Origin: Verrucomicrobiota bacterium
GTDB taxonomy: Bacteria > Verrucomicrobiota > Verrucomicrobiia > Limisphaerales > AAA164-E04
Assembly: GCA_047947115.1 (NCBI GenBank)
Contig: CP170459.1
Location: forward strand, 2,272,001-2,336,000
Length of the DNA: 64,000 nucleotides
Direction: 5' to 3'
The notes under the pieces are model-generated. The model ran no database searches. It was not told the DNA's origin and saw nothing but the letters and a program-made list of their open reading frames with translations. Positions 37,959 through 48,706 of the stretch are shown piece after piece. A program made the position numbers and the translations under genes. The stretch's first letter is position 1. Every line of letters begins with the position of its first letter.

Positions 37959-38723
37959 TTAGATGCTGTTCAGGATGATTTCAGAAAAACTCTTGGCATC
38001 CAGAGCCGCTCCGCCGACCAAAGCACCGTCGATATCGGGCTGGCCCATCAATTCCCGGGCATTGCCAGGCTTGACGCTGCCGCCATATTGGATGCGGACC
38101 TGTTTGGCTACATCGTTGCCATGCAACTCTGCCAGCACACTGCGAATAAAGGCGTGCACATCCTGAGCCTGTTCCGAGCTGGCGGTTTTGCCGGTGCCAA
38201 TGGCCCATACAGGTTCATAGGCAATAACGGTTTCCAGTATCTGCTCCGAGGTGAGACCTGCCAGGCTACCTTTTATCTGGCTGCCTACAACATCATTGGT
38301 GACGCCTGATTCACGTTGTTCCAGGGTTTCGCCCACGCAAATGATGGGTTTGATGGAAGCCGCATGTGCGGCCAATGCTTTCTTTGAGATCAGAGAATCG
38401 GATTCCTCCTGATATTGGCGGCGTTCGGAGTGTCCCAGAATGACATAACGCACCAGGAATTCTTTCAACATTTCAGCGGCGATTTCACCGGTGTAAGCAC
38501 CGGCGGTGTGTTCGCTCATGTTTTGGGCGCCCAGGCGAATGTTGGATTCAATGACTTTCTTGGAGACGTCACTCAATGCGGTGAAGGGCGGGCAGACGAC
38601 AATGTCGACTTCTTTCACCTGGTTGACTTCTCGGACGAGTTCCTGGACTAGGTCAAGGGATTCGGCAACGGTTTTGTTCATCTTCCAGTTGCCTGCGATA
38701 AGCAGTTTGCGATCTTTTTCCAT
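37959..38723 (-). CDS. tpiA: Triosephosphate isomerase
   Basis: AGNWKMNK, GHSERR, AYEPVWAIGTG, YGGSV, LVGGA. Confidence 0.98.
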   Translation of the reverse strand: MEKDRKLLIAGNWKMNKTVAESLDLVQELVREVNQVKEVDIVVCPPFTALSDVSKKVIESNIRLGAQNMSEHTAGAYTGEIAAEMLKEFLVRYVILGHSERRQYQEESDSLISKKALAAHAASIKPIICVGETLEQRESGVTNDVVGSQIKGSLAGLTSEQILETVIAYEPVWAIGTGKTASSEQAQDVHAFIRSVLAELHGNDVAKQVRIQYGGSVKPGNARELMGQPDIDGALVGGAALDAKSFSEIILNSI

Positions 38724-38775
38724 AACGACTTTCAGTAATTGTAGGTCAAATTGTTTCTTTTTTGGTCACGGTGGC

Positions 38776-40032
38776 TTACTGGTCAGACAATGCCGCGACC
38801 CCCGGGAGTTCCTTCCCTTCAAGGAACTCAAGACTGGCGCCTCCACCAGTGCTCATGAATGTGACCTTGTCACCAAGTCCGGATTGATTCAGGGCCTTGA
38901 CGCTGTCACCGCCTCCAATAATGCTTTTCGCTCCGTTGTTGGTGGTGGCGTCGGCCACCGCTTCTGCCACAGCAAAGGTTCCCTTTGAAAACCGTGGATC
39001 TTCAAAGATTCCCATGGGTCCGTTCCAAAGAATGGTCTTGGCGCTGGCGATTTTGGCTTTGTAAGTAGTGGCTGTGTTTTCGCCGATATCGACGCCTTCT
39101 TCCGATTCCGGGATGTCGGGATCGGTGTTGTGGCGCGGGTTCTGGAATTCCAGGATGTTTTTTCCTTTGGAGTTCAACTTGTCGGTCACGACAGGGGTGA
39201 CGACCGTGTTGTCTGTTGGGAGCAACAATTCAACGCCGCGTTCTTCAGCCTTCTGCATGGCCGCCTTGGCGACATCCACTTTGTCGGGTTCAACCAGTGA
39301 TTTGCCGACCTTCAATCCTTTGGCCAGTTTGAAAGTGTAGGCCATGGCCCCGCCGATCAGCAGGCTGTCCGCTTTTTCCAGCAAACGGTCGATGACAGCT
39401 ATTTTGTCGGAAACCTTGGCTCCGCCCAGAATCACCACAAAGGGACGCTGCGGGGATTCCAGCTCGTCGCCGAGAAATTGTAGTTCGCGTTCCATCAGCA
39501 ATCCTGCGGCACATGAGCCGCCTTTTTCACTGATGACCTTCGCGATGCCGGCTGTCGAGGCATGAGCCCGGTGTGCGGCTCCAAAGGCGTCGTTCACGTA
39601 GGCATCGGCATTTTCAGCAAGTCTGGTTGCGAAAACCGGATCATTGGCTTCTTCTTCAGCGTAAAAGCGCACGTTCTCCAACAGAAGGATATCCCCGTTT
39701 TTAAGCGCCGAGGCGGTTTGGGAAACCTTGTCCCCAATACAATCGTCCACGAAGGCAACCGGGCGTCCCAAAAGGTCACTCAGTTTCTGAGCCACCGGGC
39801 GCAGGGACATGGAGGGTTCCTTCTTGCCTTTCGGGCGGCCAAGGTGTGCTGCGAGAATGATCTTTGCCCCTTGGTTCACCAGGTGATCCAGGGTCGGAAT
39901 GGTGGCGCGGATACGTGTATCGTCATTGATGATCATGTCCCCATCCTTTTCTTCCATGGGTACATTGTAATCAACGCGCACAAAAACGCGCTTTCCGTTC
40001 AAATCGACATCTTTAATGGTTAATTTTGCCAT
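38776..40032 (-). CDS. pgk: Phosphoglycerate kinase
   Basis: [47 protein letters not shown]. Start ATG 40032. Confidence 0.98.
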   Translation of the reverse strand: MAKLTIKDVDLNGKRVFVRVDYNVPMEEKDGDMIINDDTRIRATIPTLDHLVNQGAKIILAAHLGRPKGKKEPSMSLRPVAQKLSDLLGRPVAFVDDCIGDKVSQTASALKNGDILLLENVRFYAEEEANDPVFATRLAENADAYVNDAFGAAHRAHASTAGIAKVISEKGGSCAAGLLMERELQFLGDELESPQRPFVVILGGAKVSDKIAVIDRLLEKADSLLIGGAMAYTFKLAKGLKVGKSLVEPDKVDVAKAAMQKAEERGVELLLPTDNTVVTPVVTDKLNSKGKNILEFQNPRHNTDPDIPESEEGVDIGENTATTYKAKIASAKTILWNGPMGIFEDPRFSKGTFAVAEAVADATTNNGAKSIIGGGDSVKALNQSGLGDKVTFMSTGGGASLEFLEGKELPGVAALSDQ

Positions 40033-40052
40033 AATCCAAATACAGACCGGCA

Positions 40053-40080
40053 AACATAGCAAAGACGCCCTTTGCGTCAA
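40053..40080 (-). promoter_or_regulatory. Sigma70-like promoter of pgk-tpiA
   Basis: Minus strand TTGACG, 16-bp spacer, TATGTT with an extended -10 TG, 20 nt upstream of the ATG. Confidence 0.55.
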
Positions 40081-40126
40081 AGGGTTTCACGTAAATTTTT
40101 TATGACAGAAGGCTGCCAGGCGTTGC

Positions 40127-41149
40127 CTATTCGTCGCCAGCAGCCCTGGCTAGTCGGTCCCGCACGCCTTCCCAGGCAGGGGTGTCAGGGACGGCTTCCA
40201 CAACGATCCATTTGGGACCAAGCTGGTCGCAGAGAAATAGCTCTGCATAAAGCGCCCTCGCGTAGGCCTCCGGGTCGTGCGGAATGAAGCAAACCCGCAG
40301 GAAATCTGCTGGTGAAGGAAGGTCTTCCAGCCCCAATACGCACGCCTCGGCGGGCAGAATGCCAAGCCGGCGGATCTGATTGATCAGATCGTTCGGTTGA
40401 GAAGAATCTGATCGGTCAAGGATGATCACGCGCGCTTTGGGTGCGTAGTGTTTGTGGTGCAGCCCCGGGCTTTTCTGGGCACCCGAAGACTGCTGCGCTG
40501 AGCGGTGCATGGTGTTCGGAGCGACCGCTCGGAGTGATTCCAGGTGAATGATGCCCGGGCGCAGCACGGTGGGGTTTCTTCCGCACAGATCCAGCACGGT
40601 TGATTCGATACCGACGTTTGCCGCACCCCCATCGACGATGAGCGGGATGCGCCCCTTCAATTGTGCTTGCACGTGTTCGGCTGAAGTCGGGGAAAGCTGG
40701 TTGGCCAGGTTGGCGCTGGGGGCCGCGATAGGGCGTCCCAGGTTTTTGATGACAGCCCTCATGAATGGATGCCCCGGCCACCGAACAGCCACTGAATCCA
40801 AGCCGGCAGTGATGTCATCCGAAATGCGTTCCGATTTGGGTAAGACAAGTGTCAGCGGCCCCGGCCAGAAGGCCTGGGAAAATTTCTCGGCAATCTCCGG
40901 CCACTCACGGACGCATTCCAACAGCATGGACTTGTCGGCCACATGAACAATGAGGGGATTGGTCGAAGGACGGCCTTTCGTGGTGTAAATGGAAGCAACC
41001 GCCTCCGCGTTGAACGCGTCCGCTGCCAATCCATACACCGTTTCAGTGGGAAGGGCCGCAAGACGACCACTCGAGAGCAAGTCCGCAGCCCTTGACGCAG
41101 CTTGCTCGAACTTGCTCGCGCTCTCAATGGTGAGGATCTCTGTTTTCAA
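40127..41149 (-). CDS. sua5: L-threonylcarbamoyladenylate synthase (Sua5/TsaC with SUA5 C-terminal domain)
   Basis: PTETVYGL, KGRPSTNPLIVH, FWPGPLT, AAPSAN, GIESTV, SPG..KHYAP. Start uncertain (TTG 41149; frame open to 41212). Confidence 0.93.
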   Translation of the reverse strand: MKTEILTIESASKFEQAASRAADLLSSGRLAALPTETVYGLAADAFNAEAVASIYTTKGRPSTNPLIVHVADKSMLLECVREWPEIAEKFSQAFWPGPLTLVLPKSERISDDITAGLDSVAVRWPGHPFMRAVIKNLGRPIAAPSANLANQLSPTSAEHVQAQLKGRIPLIVDGGAANVGIESTVLDLCGRNPTVLRPGIIHLESLRAVAPNTMHRSAQQSSGAQKSPGLHHKHYAPKARVIILDRSDSSQPNDLINQIRRLGILPAEACVLGLEDLPSPADFLRVCFIPHDPEAYARALYAELFLCDQLGPKWIVVEAVPDTPAWEGVRDRLARAAGDE

Positions 41150-41277
41150 TGCAGTCAAGGATTGAACGAACGGTGTTATGACCGGCAGGCCCGGGGCGTC
41201 CCGACAAGGCACCTTGTGGCCTCCCAGGGAAATCCCGAAGCAATTCCCTCAGTAAAATAATCCAGCCACCTGATGAA

Positions 41278-42723
41278 CTAAAACTTCAAAGATTCAGCCG
41301 CTGAAACAGCTGCCTGCATCAGGCGCTCGGGCAGAATACCCAGGTAAATCATAAAGATACTGCAAACCCAAAGTGTGACCCGGGAAAGCGGTGATACCTG
41401 AATTTCTTCGGGGACCATCTGCTGTTTGCCCCAGTAGATGGTGCGGATGACTCCAAAATAGTAATAAAGTGAAATCACCACACCCACAATGGCTACTCCA
41501 AGAAGTGCATAGTAGGAGGAAAACACGGCGGCCTGTTCCAAAACTGCCTTAAACAAAAGGAACTTCCCGAAGAATCCCGCCATCGGAGGAACACCCGCCA
41601 GGGAGACCATGGCCAGCGTCATCACGCCCGCCAAGCCCGGGGCGCGTTCGTGAAGTTTGGCCAGGTGCCCGATCTCTTCGGCCCCGGTGTGTTTCATCAC
41701 CAGAATGATAATCATGAATGCCGCGATGACCGTGAACATATAGCCGTAAAGATAGTAAAGAATGGCGCTCGATCCGGACTGACTCATGGCTGCGATGCCC
41801 ATCATCAGGTAACCGGCGTTGGCAATACTCGAGTAACCCAGCAGGCGCTTGAGGTTGCGCTGCGGGAGGGCGCAGAGGTTGCCATACAGAATGGTGATAC
41901 CTGCGATGACCATGAGGAGTTTTTCCCATTGAAGTGCAATGTCCGGCACGGCCATGAACAACAGGCGCATCAACAAGGCAAAACCGGCAGCTTTCGAACC
42001 CACCGCGAGAAAAGCCGTGGTGGAAGAAGGAGAGCCTTGATACACATCCGGCGCCCAAATCTGAAACGGAAATGCGGCAATCTTGAATCCCAACCCGGCA
42101 ATCACCATCAGTAATCCGACCAGCAACAGCTTGTTGTCGGTCATCGACGCTGTTGCGGTTTTGAGGGCATCAAAGTGCATGGCTCCGGTCGTTCCGTAGA
42201 CCAATGCGATGCCGTATACCAGAAATGCCGAAGAAAGCGCCCCCAGAATCAGGTATTTAACGCCCGCTTCCAATGAGACCATTTGATTTCGCAGGAAACT
42301 GGTCAGGATGTAAAAAGTGATGGTGATCAATTCCAGAGAGACAAATAGAAGCGCAAAGTGGTTGGCAGATGCGGCAAACATCATTCCGGAAAGGGCAAAG
42401 AGCATCAGGCAGTAATATTCACCCTTTCCGGTCTGGAATTTGTGGGAATATTCAACGGTTGCGGCAATGACCAGAATGGCGGCGATCAAAAAGAAACGTT
42501 TGAAGAACATCGCAAAACTATCCAGCACATACATGTTGCCAAAGGCCGTTTCCGCCGGGTTTCCGGACATGCTCATACTGCCAAAAAGGATCATGGCCAA
42601 ACCGGCGATGGAGGCGTAACCCAGCCAGTTTTTTTTGTCATGTGGAACCCAGAGATCGGCGAGCATGATGACCACGCCCAGGACGATCACGGCGATTTCA
42701 AGGATGGATGCGGCAATATTCAT
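41278..42723 (-). CDS. nuoN: NADH-quinone oxidoreductase subunit N
   Basis: EAGVKYLILGALSS, GFKIAAFPFQIWAPDVYQG, KRLLGYSSIA; operon order. Confidence 0.96.
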   Translation of the reverse strand: MNIAASILEIAVIVLGVVIMLADLWVPHDKKNWLGYASIAGLAMILFGSMSMSGNPAETAFGNMYVLDSFAMFFKRFFLIAAILVIAATVEYSHKFQTGKGEYYCLMLFALSGMMFAASANHFALLFVSLELITITFYILTSFLRNQMVSLEAGVKYLILGALSSAFLVYGIALVYGTTGAMHFDALKTATASMTDNKLLLVGLLMVIAGLGFKIAAFPFQIWAPDVYQGSPSSTTAFLAVGSKAAGFALLMRLLFMAVPDIALQWEKLLMVIAGITILYGNLCALPQRNLKRLLGYSSIANAGYLMMGIAAMSQSGSSAILYYLYGYMFTVIAAFMIIILVMKHTGAEEIGHLAKLHERAPGLAGVMTLAMVSLAGVPPMAGFFGKFLLFKAVLEQAAVFSSYYALLGVAIVGVVISLYYYFGVIRTIYWGKQQMVPEEIQVSPLSRVTLWVCSIFMIYLGILPERLMQAAVSAAESLKF

Positions 42724-42746
42724 TGAGAAAGGAAATGCTATCAGAA

Positions 42747-44312
42747 TTATGGTTGCCCGGCCCAGGTGATTGTGTCTTCCACTTCGGAAGGTTCATCGGC
42801 CAGCATGACTTTGTCTTCCCCCAAACCCTTTTCGATGGATTCCACCACCTGAGTCATGGAGTGTTGAATCTTATTGGTCAGTAAGCTCGGGAAGATCCCG
42901 AACAAAAGCAAGGAGGCGATCAGAAGGGCGAAAGGTAGTTTCACCCAGTAGTTGGCGGGATCTTTGAGGCCGGAGGCTGAATCCGCCAGAGGACCGTGCA
43001 GGATGTTTCGAACGGCCCGCAAAGCATAAAGCGCTCCAATGATCAACGCGCCCCATGCCGTGCCGACCACAAACCAGGGGAGCGAAGTCCAGGCACCGAA
43101 GAGAACGGTGACTTCACCTGCAAAGTTGGCAAAACCCGGCAATCCGCAACCAGCCATCATGGCCATTACCAGAAGCGTTCCAATAAACGGCATCTGTTTC
43201 AAAACGCCACCGTATTGATCGATCTCGAGTGTTTTCTTTTGATCGTAAAGGTATCCACTCAAGCCGAAAGAAAGGGCGGCCAGAAACCCGTGGGCGATCA
43301 TCACCAGCACCGCGCCGCTCAAACCGATCAAGTTCATGCTCGCGATTCCCAGGAAAACAAATCCCATATGGGCGACGCTGGAATTTCCAATCAGCAGGTT
43401 CAGGTTCTTCTGGCGCATGGCGACCCAACCGCAGAAAAGAATGTTCCCCATGCACAGCCAGGCCAGCACCTCCAGCCAGGCTTGGGCTCCTTGAGGGGCG
43501 AGGGGAAGGGCGATGCGGATCAAACCGTAAATGCCGAATTTCTTCAACACTCCCGCATGCAACATGGCGGTGGCGGTGGGAGCCGCCCCATATCCAATTG
43601 GCGCCCAGGTGTGAAATGGCCAAAGGGAAACCAGAATGCCAAATCCGAACAACAGGAACCCGAAGATGGCCGTTTGGGACGTCGGATGAAGCGGGTTTTC
43701 ACGGAGTTGATTGGTCAGGGTAATCAAATCAAAGGTCTTGGCCCCGGACTGAACATACAGCAACACCAAACCCGCCAGCGCCACCAACGCGCCCAGTGTC
43801 AAATAGAGCGTCATTTTATAGGTCGCGTAGTTCTTGTCTTCACCACGTCCCCAAACCCCGATCATGATGAAGGTCGGCACCAGCGCCAGTTCGTGGAAGA
43901 AGTAGAAAAAGAAAATATCAATCGACATGAATGCACCCAGAATCCCGCCAATCATGATTAACATCAGGAAATGAAACTCCTTGATGCGGTCTTGAATGCT
44001 GGCCGATACACAAACTGCGGCAAAACTGACAATGGCTCCCATCAGGATCAACCCGATGTTGATGCCGTCTGCTCCAACTTGATAATTGATATCCAGCGAA
44101 GTGACCCAGGCCACCTTCTGGTAAAACTTGTAACCTCCTTCACCTTCGGCCGCCCCGTTAAAAGTCAGGAACGCCAGAATGGCGCAGAGCATGGAAAGTC
44201 CTGTGGTTGCCAACGCCACAGTCCGAATGCCACCCTTGGCCGATTTGGGCATCAGGGCAATCACGCCCGCACCGAGTAGTGGTAAAGCTAGTATGAATGT
44301 TAAAATAGACAT
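42747..44312 (-). CDS. nuoM: NADH-quinone oxidoreductase subunit M
   Basis: FFHELALVP, PFHTWAP, AGVLKKFGIYG, SSVAHMG, GLPGFANFAGE. Confidence 0.96.
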   Translation of the reverse strand: MSILTFILALPLLGAGVIALMPKSAKGGIRTVALATTGLSMLCAILAFLTFNGAAEGEGGYKFYQKVAWVTSLDINYQVGADGINIGLILMGAIVSFAAVCVSASIQDRIKEFHFLMLIMIGGILGAFMSIDIFFFYFFHELALVPTFIMIGVWGRGEDKNYATYKMTLYLTLGALVALAGLVLLYVQSGAKTFDLITLTNQLRENPLHPTSQTAIFGFLLFGFGILVSLWPFHTWAPIGYGAAPTATAMLHAGVLKKFGIYGLIRIALPLAPQGAQAWLEVLAWLCMGNILFCGWVAMRQKNLNLLIGNSSVAHMGFVFLGIASMNLIGLSGAVLVMIAHGFLAALSFGLSGYLYDQKKTLEIDQYGGVLKQMPFIGTLLVMAMMAGCGLPGFANFAGEVTVLFGAWTSLPWFVVGTAWGALIIGALYALRAVRNILHGPLADSASGLKDPANYWVKLPFALLIASLLLFGIFPSLLTNKIQHSMTQVVESIEKGLGEDKVMLADEPSEVEDTITWAGQP

Positions 44313-44318
44313 GATCTT

Positions 44319-46172
44319 TTACAGGATTCCTCCAATCACGAAATAGAGCACGAACGCCACACCCAGCACGAACAGGAAGGCGTAGGTCTGGATGCTGCCG
44401 GTTTGGAACAGGCGGATGCCACGTCCAAGCACATCCACCACGTTGTAAAGTCCTTTGACAACAAAACCACCCAGAACCGCACGATCCAGCCAGCCCGCCA
44501 GTTTGGAAATGGCTTCATGGGTGATGAAAATCAATCCGCTGAATATTTCGTCGAAATACAACCGGTTCTTCAATGCGGTGGAAAGACCGTGCAGATTGTC
44601 GGCGATGGGATCCGTTTCACGTTGCTTGCCGTAAAGCGCCCAGGCAACGCTTCCACCTATCAAAAGAGCCAGAGTACTGAAAGCCATCGCCAGTGGGGCT
44701 TCGGTATGGCCCCCTGCGTGCTCGATGCCGATACCGCTGTTGACAAAAGATTCGATTGGAAGCCAGCCAGAAATGATGGATGGGATCAGCAGGATCCAAA
44801 GAGGACCGGTCATCACCGAAGGAGACTCATGGGCATGCGACGCGGAGTCCGAACGGTTGGAACCGTGGAAGGCTATCAAGACCAGGCGTGCCATGTAGAG
44901 TGTCGTGAGGACAGCTGCCAATACTCCGAATGCAAACAACACCATGTTCCCGTGGTGGCGGAAATCCGCTGCCGCTGCCAGGATACCGTCCTTACTGAAG
45001 AATCCGCTCAAAGGAAACACACCGCAGAGTGCCAGGGTGCCAATCAAAAAAGTCTTATAAGTAGCGGGCATCTTCTCTTTCAGTCCGCCCATCTTCCAGA
45101 TGTCCTGTTCGTGATGCAGTGCGTGAATCACTGAGCCGGCGCCGAGGAACAGCATGGCTTTGAAAAAGGCGTGTGTGGTCAGATGAAACATCGCCGCTCC
45201 GGGCGCATGCAAACCCACCGCCATTACCATATAACCCAATTGGGACAGGGTGGAGTAGGCGAGGATGCGTTTGATATCGTTTTGCTGGAGTGCGATGACC
45301 GCCGCCATCAAAGCCGTGATCCCGCCAATCCATGCAATGACCATGAGCGCGTCCGGGCTGAGCAGAAAGAAAATGCGGCAGAGCATGAACACGCCGGCGG
45401 CCACCATGGTCGCGGCATGGATCAGAGCACTGACCGGAGTCGGACCTTCCATGGCATCCGGTAGCCAGACGTGCAACGGAAACTGAGCCGACTTACCCAT
45501 CGCACCACAGAAAAGCAACACTCCGGCGAGGCCGGCGGTCGCCCCAAGGACTTCCGGGTTGGCTCCAAAGATTCCCTGCAGTTCCGTGAAATTCAACGAT
45601 CCGGCAGCCGCCCAGACCATGATGATGCCGAGGATGAATCCGAAGTCACCGATACGATTGGTCAAAAAAGCTTTCTTGGAAGCGTCGGCTGCCGCAGGAC
45701 GTTCATACCAGAAACCGATCAGCAGGTAACTCGAAACACCCACCAATTCCCAGAAGATGAACATCTGCATGAAATTCGAAGCCAGCACAATGCCCAGCAT
45801 CGAAAAGGTAAACATGCTCAAACAGGCAAAATAACGGCTGTAGGAACGATCGCCTTTCATGTATCCCTGCGAATACCAGTGGATCAAGGACCCCACGCCC
45901 GTCACGACCAGCAACATCAAGCTGCTCAGCGCATCAATTCGAACGCCCAAAGTGGCTTGAAAATCACCGATCGAGATCCAGGTGATGTTGTGTTCTCCGG
46001 AGGTACCTCCGGTCAGGAAAATGAGAAGGCTGAGCACGAAACCGCCAATGACGGCGCCGATCGAGATCTTCGCGCTGAGCTTGTCGTTTTTCAGGGTGAA
46101 GAGCGTGATCAGAGCGGCCGATACCAACGGTAACAGCAGAACGATCCAGGCCAGACTAAATGCTCCAGTCAT
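44319..46172 (-). CDS. nuoL: NADH-quinone oxidoreductase subunit L
   Basis: GKSAQFPLHVWLPDAMEGPTPVSALIHAATMV, DIKRILAYSTLSQLG, HAFFKA. Confidence 0.97.
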   Translation of the reverse strand: MTGAFSLAWIVLLLPLVSAALITLFTLKNDKLSAKISIGAVIGGFVLSLLIFLTGGTSGEHNITWISIGDFQATLGVRIDALSSLMLLVVTGVGSLIHWYSQGYMKGDRSYSRYFACLSMFTFSMLGIVLASNFMQMFIFWELVGVSSYLLIGFWYERPAAADASKKAFLTNRIGDFGFILGIIMVWAAAGSLNFTELQGIFGANPEVLGATAGLAGVLLFCGAMGKSAQFPLHVWLPDAMEGPTPVSALIHAATMVAAGVFMLCRIFFLLSPDALMVIAWIGGITALMAAVIALQQNDIKRILAYSTLSQLGYMVMAVGLHAPGAAMFHLTTHAFFKAMLFLGAGSVIHALHHEQDIWKMGGLKEKMPATYKTFLIGTLALCGVFPLSGFFSKDGILAAAADFRHHGNMVLFAFGVLAAVLTTLYMARLVLIAFHGSNRSDSASHAHESPSVMTGPLWILLIPSIISGWLPIESFVNSGIGIEHAGGHTEAPLAMAFSTLALLIGGSVAWALYGKQRETDPIADNLHGLSTALKNRLYFDEIFSGLIFITHEAISKLAGWLDRAVLGGFVVKGLYNVVDVLGRGIRLFQTGSIQTYAFLFVLGVAFVLYFVIGGIL

Positions 46173-46191
46173 GTTCGAAAAAATCCAGGGA

Positions 46192-46494
46192 TTACAGTTT
46201 CAATGAGGTCAGATCGCCAACCTCGGTTGTTTGACGTTTACGGTAGAGGGCCACGATCAAGGCCAACCCAACGGCGACTTCAGCCGCCGCCACCGTGATG
46301 ACGAAAAAGACCATCACCTGTCCGTCGATGGTGTCGGTGAAACGGGAAAAGGAGACCAATGCGAGGTTTGCCGCGTTGAGCATCAATTCCAGTCCCATGT
46401 AAATAACGATCAGATTGCGCCGCAAAATCACGCCCATCATTCCAAGGCTGAACAGCAGCGCGCTGACGATCAGGTATTGTTCAAGTCCGATCAT
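46192..46494 (-). CDS. nuoK: NADH-quinone oxidoreductase subunit K
   Basis: [26 protein letters not shown]. Confidence 0.97.
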   Translation of the reverse strand: MIGLEQYLIVSALLFSLGMMGVILRRNLIVIYMGLELMLNAANLALVSFSRFTDTIDGQVMVFFVITVAAAEVAVGLALIVALYRKRQTTEVGDLTSLKL

Positions 46495-46498
46495 GTTG

Positions 46499-46999
46499 TT
46501 ATCTCAAATTCTTTTTACTTAACAGAATGACACCGATCATGCCGACCAGCAGCAGCACGCCCATGATTTCAAAAGGCAGCACGTAATCGGTAAACAGTTT
46601 CATTCCCAGATCCTTGGTGGTGCCTTCCATGTGCGGGTGAAGGTCTTTGCCGACTCCCGATGCCAGGATGGCTTTAATCAGCATCCCGCCCACGCTGAGC
46701 AATCCCAGCAATCCGAGCACGACGCCGAAGAGGTTGTAATGTTGCCGTTCCACTTCCTTGACATCAAGCAGCATGATGACAAACAGGAACAGCACAATGA
46801 CCGCGCCTGCGTAGACCATCACCTGCACTGCGGCCAGGAAGAAGGCGTTCAGCAATACAAAGAGTCCGGCCATGGACACAATGGTCAGGACCAGGAACAT
46901 GGCGCTGGTTACGGGGTTGCGGGTGAACGGATTGGCGACGACCAAAAAGCCGCAAATCAGTGTCAGCGCCGAAAAAATGTAAAACAACAATTCTTGCAT
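46499..46999 (-). CDS. nuoJ: NADH-quinone oxidoreductase subunit J
   Basis: [32 protein letters not shown]. Confidence 0.96.
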   Translation of the reverse strand: MQELLFYIFSALTLICGFLVVANPFTRNPVTSAMFLVLTIVSMAGLFVLLNAFFLAAVQVMVYAGAVIVLFLFVIMLLDVKEVERQHYNLFGVVLGLLGLLSVGGMLIKAILASGVGKDLHPHMEGTTKDLGMKLFTDYVLPFEIMGVLLLVGMIGVILLSKKNLR

Positions 47000-47094
47000 G
47001 GATTCGTTTGTCTTATCGCAGGTCGCTTGAGCGTTGCCTGCATTCGTTGTTTCTCAAGACCGAATGGGTTCGTATTCCTTTTCTTGACGATGGA

Positions 47095-47625
47095 TCAGTG
47101 GCCGCTCTGGGCTGCTGCGTCCTCCGCTTTTTTGTCCCACTTTTTCACGTCGCTGTCCCGAACACCGCCGAGTTCCAGCAACTTGGTCTTGTTGTAAATC
47201 ATTTCCTCCCGCGATTCACCGGTCAGCGAATAATCCTTTTGCAGGAAGATGGCTTCCTCCGGGCATACTTCCTGGCAGTAGCCGCAGAAGATGCAACGGA
47301 GCATGTTGATTTCAAATTCTTTTGGTTCCTTCTCAATGTTGCCCCGGGCTGCATTGACCTCCGGTCCGGGAGGTGTGATCTTGATCGCTTTGGGCGGACA
47401 GACGAATTCGCAGAGTTGGCAAGATACACACTTCGTGCGGTCCTTGGAATCTTTCACCAGGTAAGGTGCGCCCCGGTAGCCTTCCGGTACGGTCCATTTT
47501 TCTTCCGGATACTGCATGGTCACCTTCTTGCGGAAGAGATGTGATACGGTGACCTTGAACCCACTGATAAGGGTGGGAATGTAAAGTTTTTCGAACCAGG
47601 TGAGGGGAGTGCGTTTTATTTTCAT
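47095..47625 (-). CDS. nuoI: NADH-quinone oxidoreductase subunit I
   Basis: Two 4Fe-4S motifs, CVSCQLCEFVCP and CIFCGYCQEVCP; TMQYPEE. Start ATG 47625. Confidence 0.96.
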   Translation of the reverse strand: MKIKRTPLTWFEKLYIPTLISGFKVTVSHLFRKKVTMQYPEEKWTVPEGYRGAPYLVKDSKDRTKCVSCQLCEFVCPPKAIKITPPGPEVNAARGNIEKEPKEFEINMLRCIFCGYCQEVCPEEAIFLQKDYSLTGESREEMIYNKTKLLELGGVRDSDVKKWDKKAEDAAAQSGH

Positions 47626-47642
47626 GCGTTTCTTCTCCTCGA

Positions 47643-48686
47643 TTACAGGTGTTGCATCCACAGAATGGCTGCGGTGATGATGATGTTGGCCAGTGCCAGC
47701 GGCAGGAATCGCCGCCAACCCAGATCCATCAGTTGATCATAGCGGAATCGTGGGATCATCCAGCGAATCCAGATAAAGAAAACCATAAAACAGGCCACTT
47801 TGCCCAGAAATACCAGGATGTGGGCAATGCCGCCGGCGATGCTCGTGGCGGCTTCGTTCAAGCCGAAGAACGGTAACGTCCAACCGCCGAAGAACAAGGT
47901 CACCATCAAGGCCGACACCGCGATCATGGCTGCGTATTCGCCCATGAAGAACAGGGCGAATTTCATAGAACTGTATTCGGTGTTGTAGCCGGACACCAAT
48001 TCGGTCTCCGATTCCGGAAGATCGAAGGGCAGACGATTGGTTTCTGCAAATGCGGCCACCAGGAAAATGACGAATGCGATCGGCTGCTTGAACACCAACC
48101 AGGCGCCGTTCGCCTGATACTCGATCACTTTGCCGAGGTTTAAATCACCCACGAGCATGAATACCGGTACCGCTGCCATTCCCATGGCGATTTCATAAGA
48201 AATCATCTGAGCACTGGCTCGGATGCCACCCAGAAACGGATACTTGGAATTGGAAGCCCATCCGGCCAGCACGATGCCGTAAACACCGAGCGATACCACA
48301 CTGAACGTGTAAAGAATGCCGACATTCAGGTTGGCAATAACCATTGCCTGGGTACCCATCACCGATCCGAACGGAATCACCGCAATCGTAAGAAACGCAG
48401 GGATCATGGATACCGCCGGGGCGATGATGAAATAGACTTTGCGAACGTGCGAGGGTGTGAAGTCTTCCTTGAGGAAGGATTTCAAACCGTCCGCGAGAGG
48501 CTGCAGCAATCCAAAAGGCCCCACACGATTCGGGCCGATACGGTCCTGAATGGCGGCGCTCAGGCGTCGTTCCAGCATGACGGAATACGCCACCATGGGC
48601 ATCACCACCGCAAAGGCCATGACGACTTTCAGGGCGCTGAAAAACAGGAACGTGCCCCAATGAGATGAATCATTCAAAAAGTCCAT
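47643..48686 (-). CDS. nuoH: NADH-quinone oxidoreductase subunit H
   Basis: QDRIGPNRVGPFGLLQPLADG, AETNRLPFDLPE, PRFRYDQLM. Start ATG 48686. Confidence 0.97.
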   Translation of the reverse strand: MDFLNDSSHWGTFLFFSALKVVMAFAVVMPMVAYSVMLERRLSAAIQDRIGPNRVGPFGLLQPLADGLKSFLKEDFTPSHVRKVYFIIAPAVSMIPAFLTIAVIPFGSVMGTQAMVIANLNVGILYTFSVVSLGVYGIVLAGWASNSKYPFLGGIRASAQMISYEIAMGMAAVPVFMLVGDLNLGKVIEYQANGAWLVFKQPIAFVIFLVAAFAETNRLPFDLPESETELVSGYNTEYSSMKFALFFMGEYAAMIAVSALMVTLFFGGWTLPFFGLNEAATSIAGGIAHILVFLGKVACFMVFFIWIRWMIPRFRYDQLMDLGWRRFLPLALANIIITAAILWMQHL

Positions 48687-48706
48687 ATGTGTGTTTCCGC
48701 TCTTGA

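Noticed and set aside
47018..47041. Hairpin between nuoI and nuoJ as a terminator or regulatory RNA
   Set aside because: Imperfect stem with no U-tract on the coding strand; at most an mRNA stability element.
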